DNA of 64,000 nt from assembly GCF_963921235.1 (NCBI RefSeq), contig NC_086108.1, positions 103,480,001 through 103,544,000 on the forward strand, in the 5' to 3' direction. Position 1 is the stretch's first letter, and each line of letters starts with the position of its first letter. A program made the translations under genes and the position numbers. Shown here piece after piece: positions 63,243 through 64,000 of the stretch. The notes beneath the pieces were generated by a model. It was not told the origin of the DNA. It saw only the letters and a program-made list of their open reading frames with translations, and searched no databases. Source of the stretch: Mobula hypostoma (Eukaryota).

Positions 63243-64000
63243 ACACAAGAGATTCTGCAGATGCTGGAAATCCTGAGAAACACACACAAAATGCCAGAGG
63301 AACTCAGCAGGTCTGGCAGCATCAATGGAAATGAATAAACAGTCAACATTTCAGGTTGAGACCTTTCATCAGGATTTGAAAAGAAGGGGAGGTCAGATTA
63401 AGAAGATGTGGGAGGAGGAGAAATATTAGAAACTAAAAGGTGAAAGGTGAAGCCAGGTGGGATTTGGGGGGGGGGGATGAAGTAAGAAGCTGGGAGGTGA
63501 TAGGTAGAAAAGGTAAAGGACTGAAGGAACCTGATAGGAGAGGAGAGTGGATCATGGGAGAAAGGGAAGGAGGAGGGGCACCAGAGGGAGGTGATAGGCA
63601 GGTGAGAAGAGAAGAGGTAAGGGATGGGGGGGCAGAGTGTGGGATGGAAGAGGGTAGGGAATACTCTATCTGCTGCACCCGATGGTGCCTCCTTGACACT
63701 GGTGAGGCCTGACATAGATTATGGAACTACTTGGTCAAGCACCTTCGCTCCATCCGCAGCAAACAGGACTTCCCGGTGGCCAGCCATTTTAATTCCAATC
63801 CCCAATCTGACCTGTCGGTCCACGGCCTCCTCTACTGCCAGAATGAGACCGCTCTCAGGCTGGAGGAGCAACACCTCGTTCCAACTGGGTTGCCCCCAAA
63901 CCCGATCGAATGAACATCAATTTCTCCAACTTCCGGTAATCCTTCCCCCTCCCCCTTCTTTTTACCAGTTTTTCACTACTAATCCAATTCTCAAATTTGC
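63243..64000. mobile_element. PLE with an inverted pLTR (63243-63660, -) joined to a GIY-YIG segment (63660-64000, +)
   Basis: ICCTRWCLLDTGEA...KHLRSIRSKQDFPVASHFNS...LRLEEQHLV; minus-strand hammerhead core at 63340-63375. Confidence 0.85.

Overview
Vertebrate, repeat-dense, CpG-depleted DNA. The repeat content (CR1/HER1-type LINEs, V-SINE/HE1-like SINEs, DeuSINEs, Rex1/Babar, Penelope-like elements) points to a cartilaginous fish, probably a ray; this is inference from my recall of those families, not a search. Most of the window is nested, decayed transposable elements: one near full-length CR1, several truncated CR1s, many Rex1 fragments, RTE elements, Tc1/mariner and hAT DNA transposons with MITEs, and a probable Gypsy LTR. 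The only clear host feature is a CpG-island promoter at about 50.9-51.4 kb (YY1, ETS, CCAAT and GC-box motifs plus a GAG|gtaagt donor). It appears to drive an unidentified minus-strand gene whose introns and putative non-coding exons fill positions 1-51 kb. I found no recognisable host protein-coding exon. The most notable structures are: (i) many minimal hammerhead ribozyme cores in Penelope pLTRs; (ii) short, partly palindromic Penelope insertions with exact 12-16 bp target-site duplications; (iii) an SR3/Perere-3-like RTE that is a horizontal-transfer candidate; (iv) a candidate HDV-like ribozyme in an RTE-type 5' region; (v) a hAT element bounded by a cryptic second terminus. TE boundaries are approximate unless a TSD or TIR is cited.
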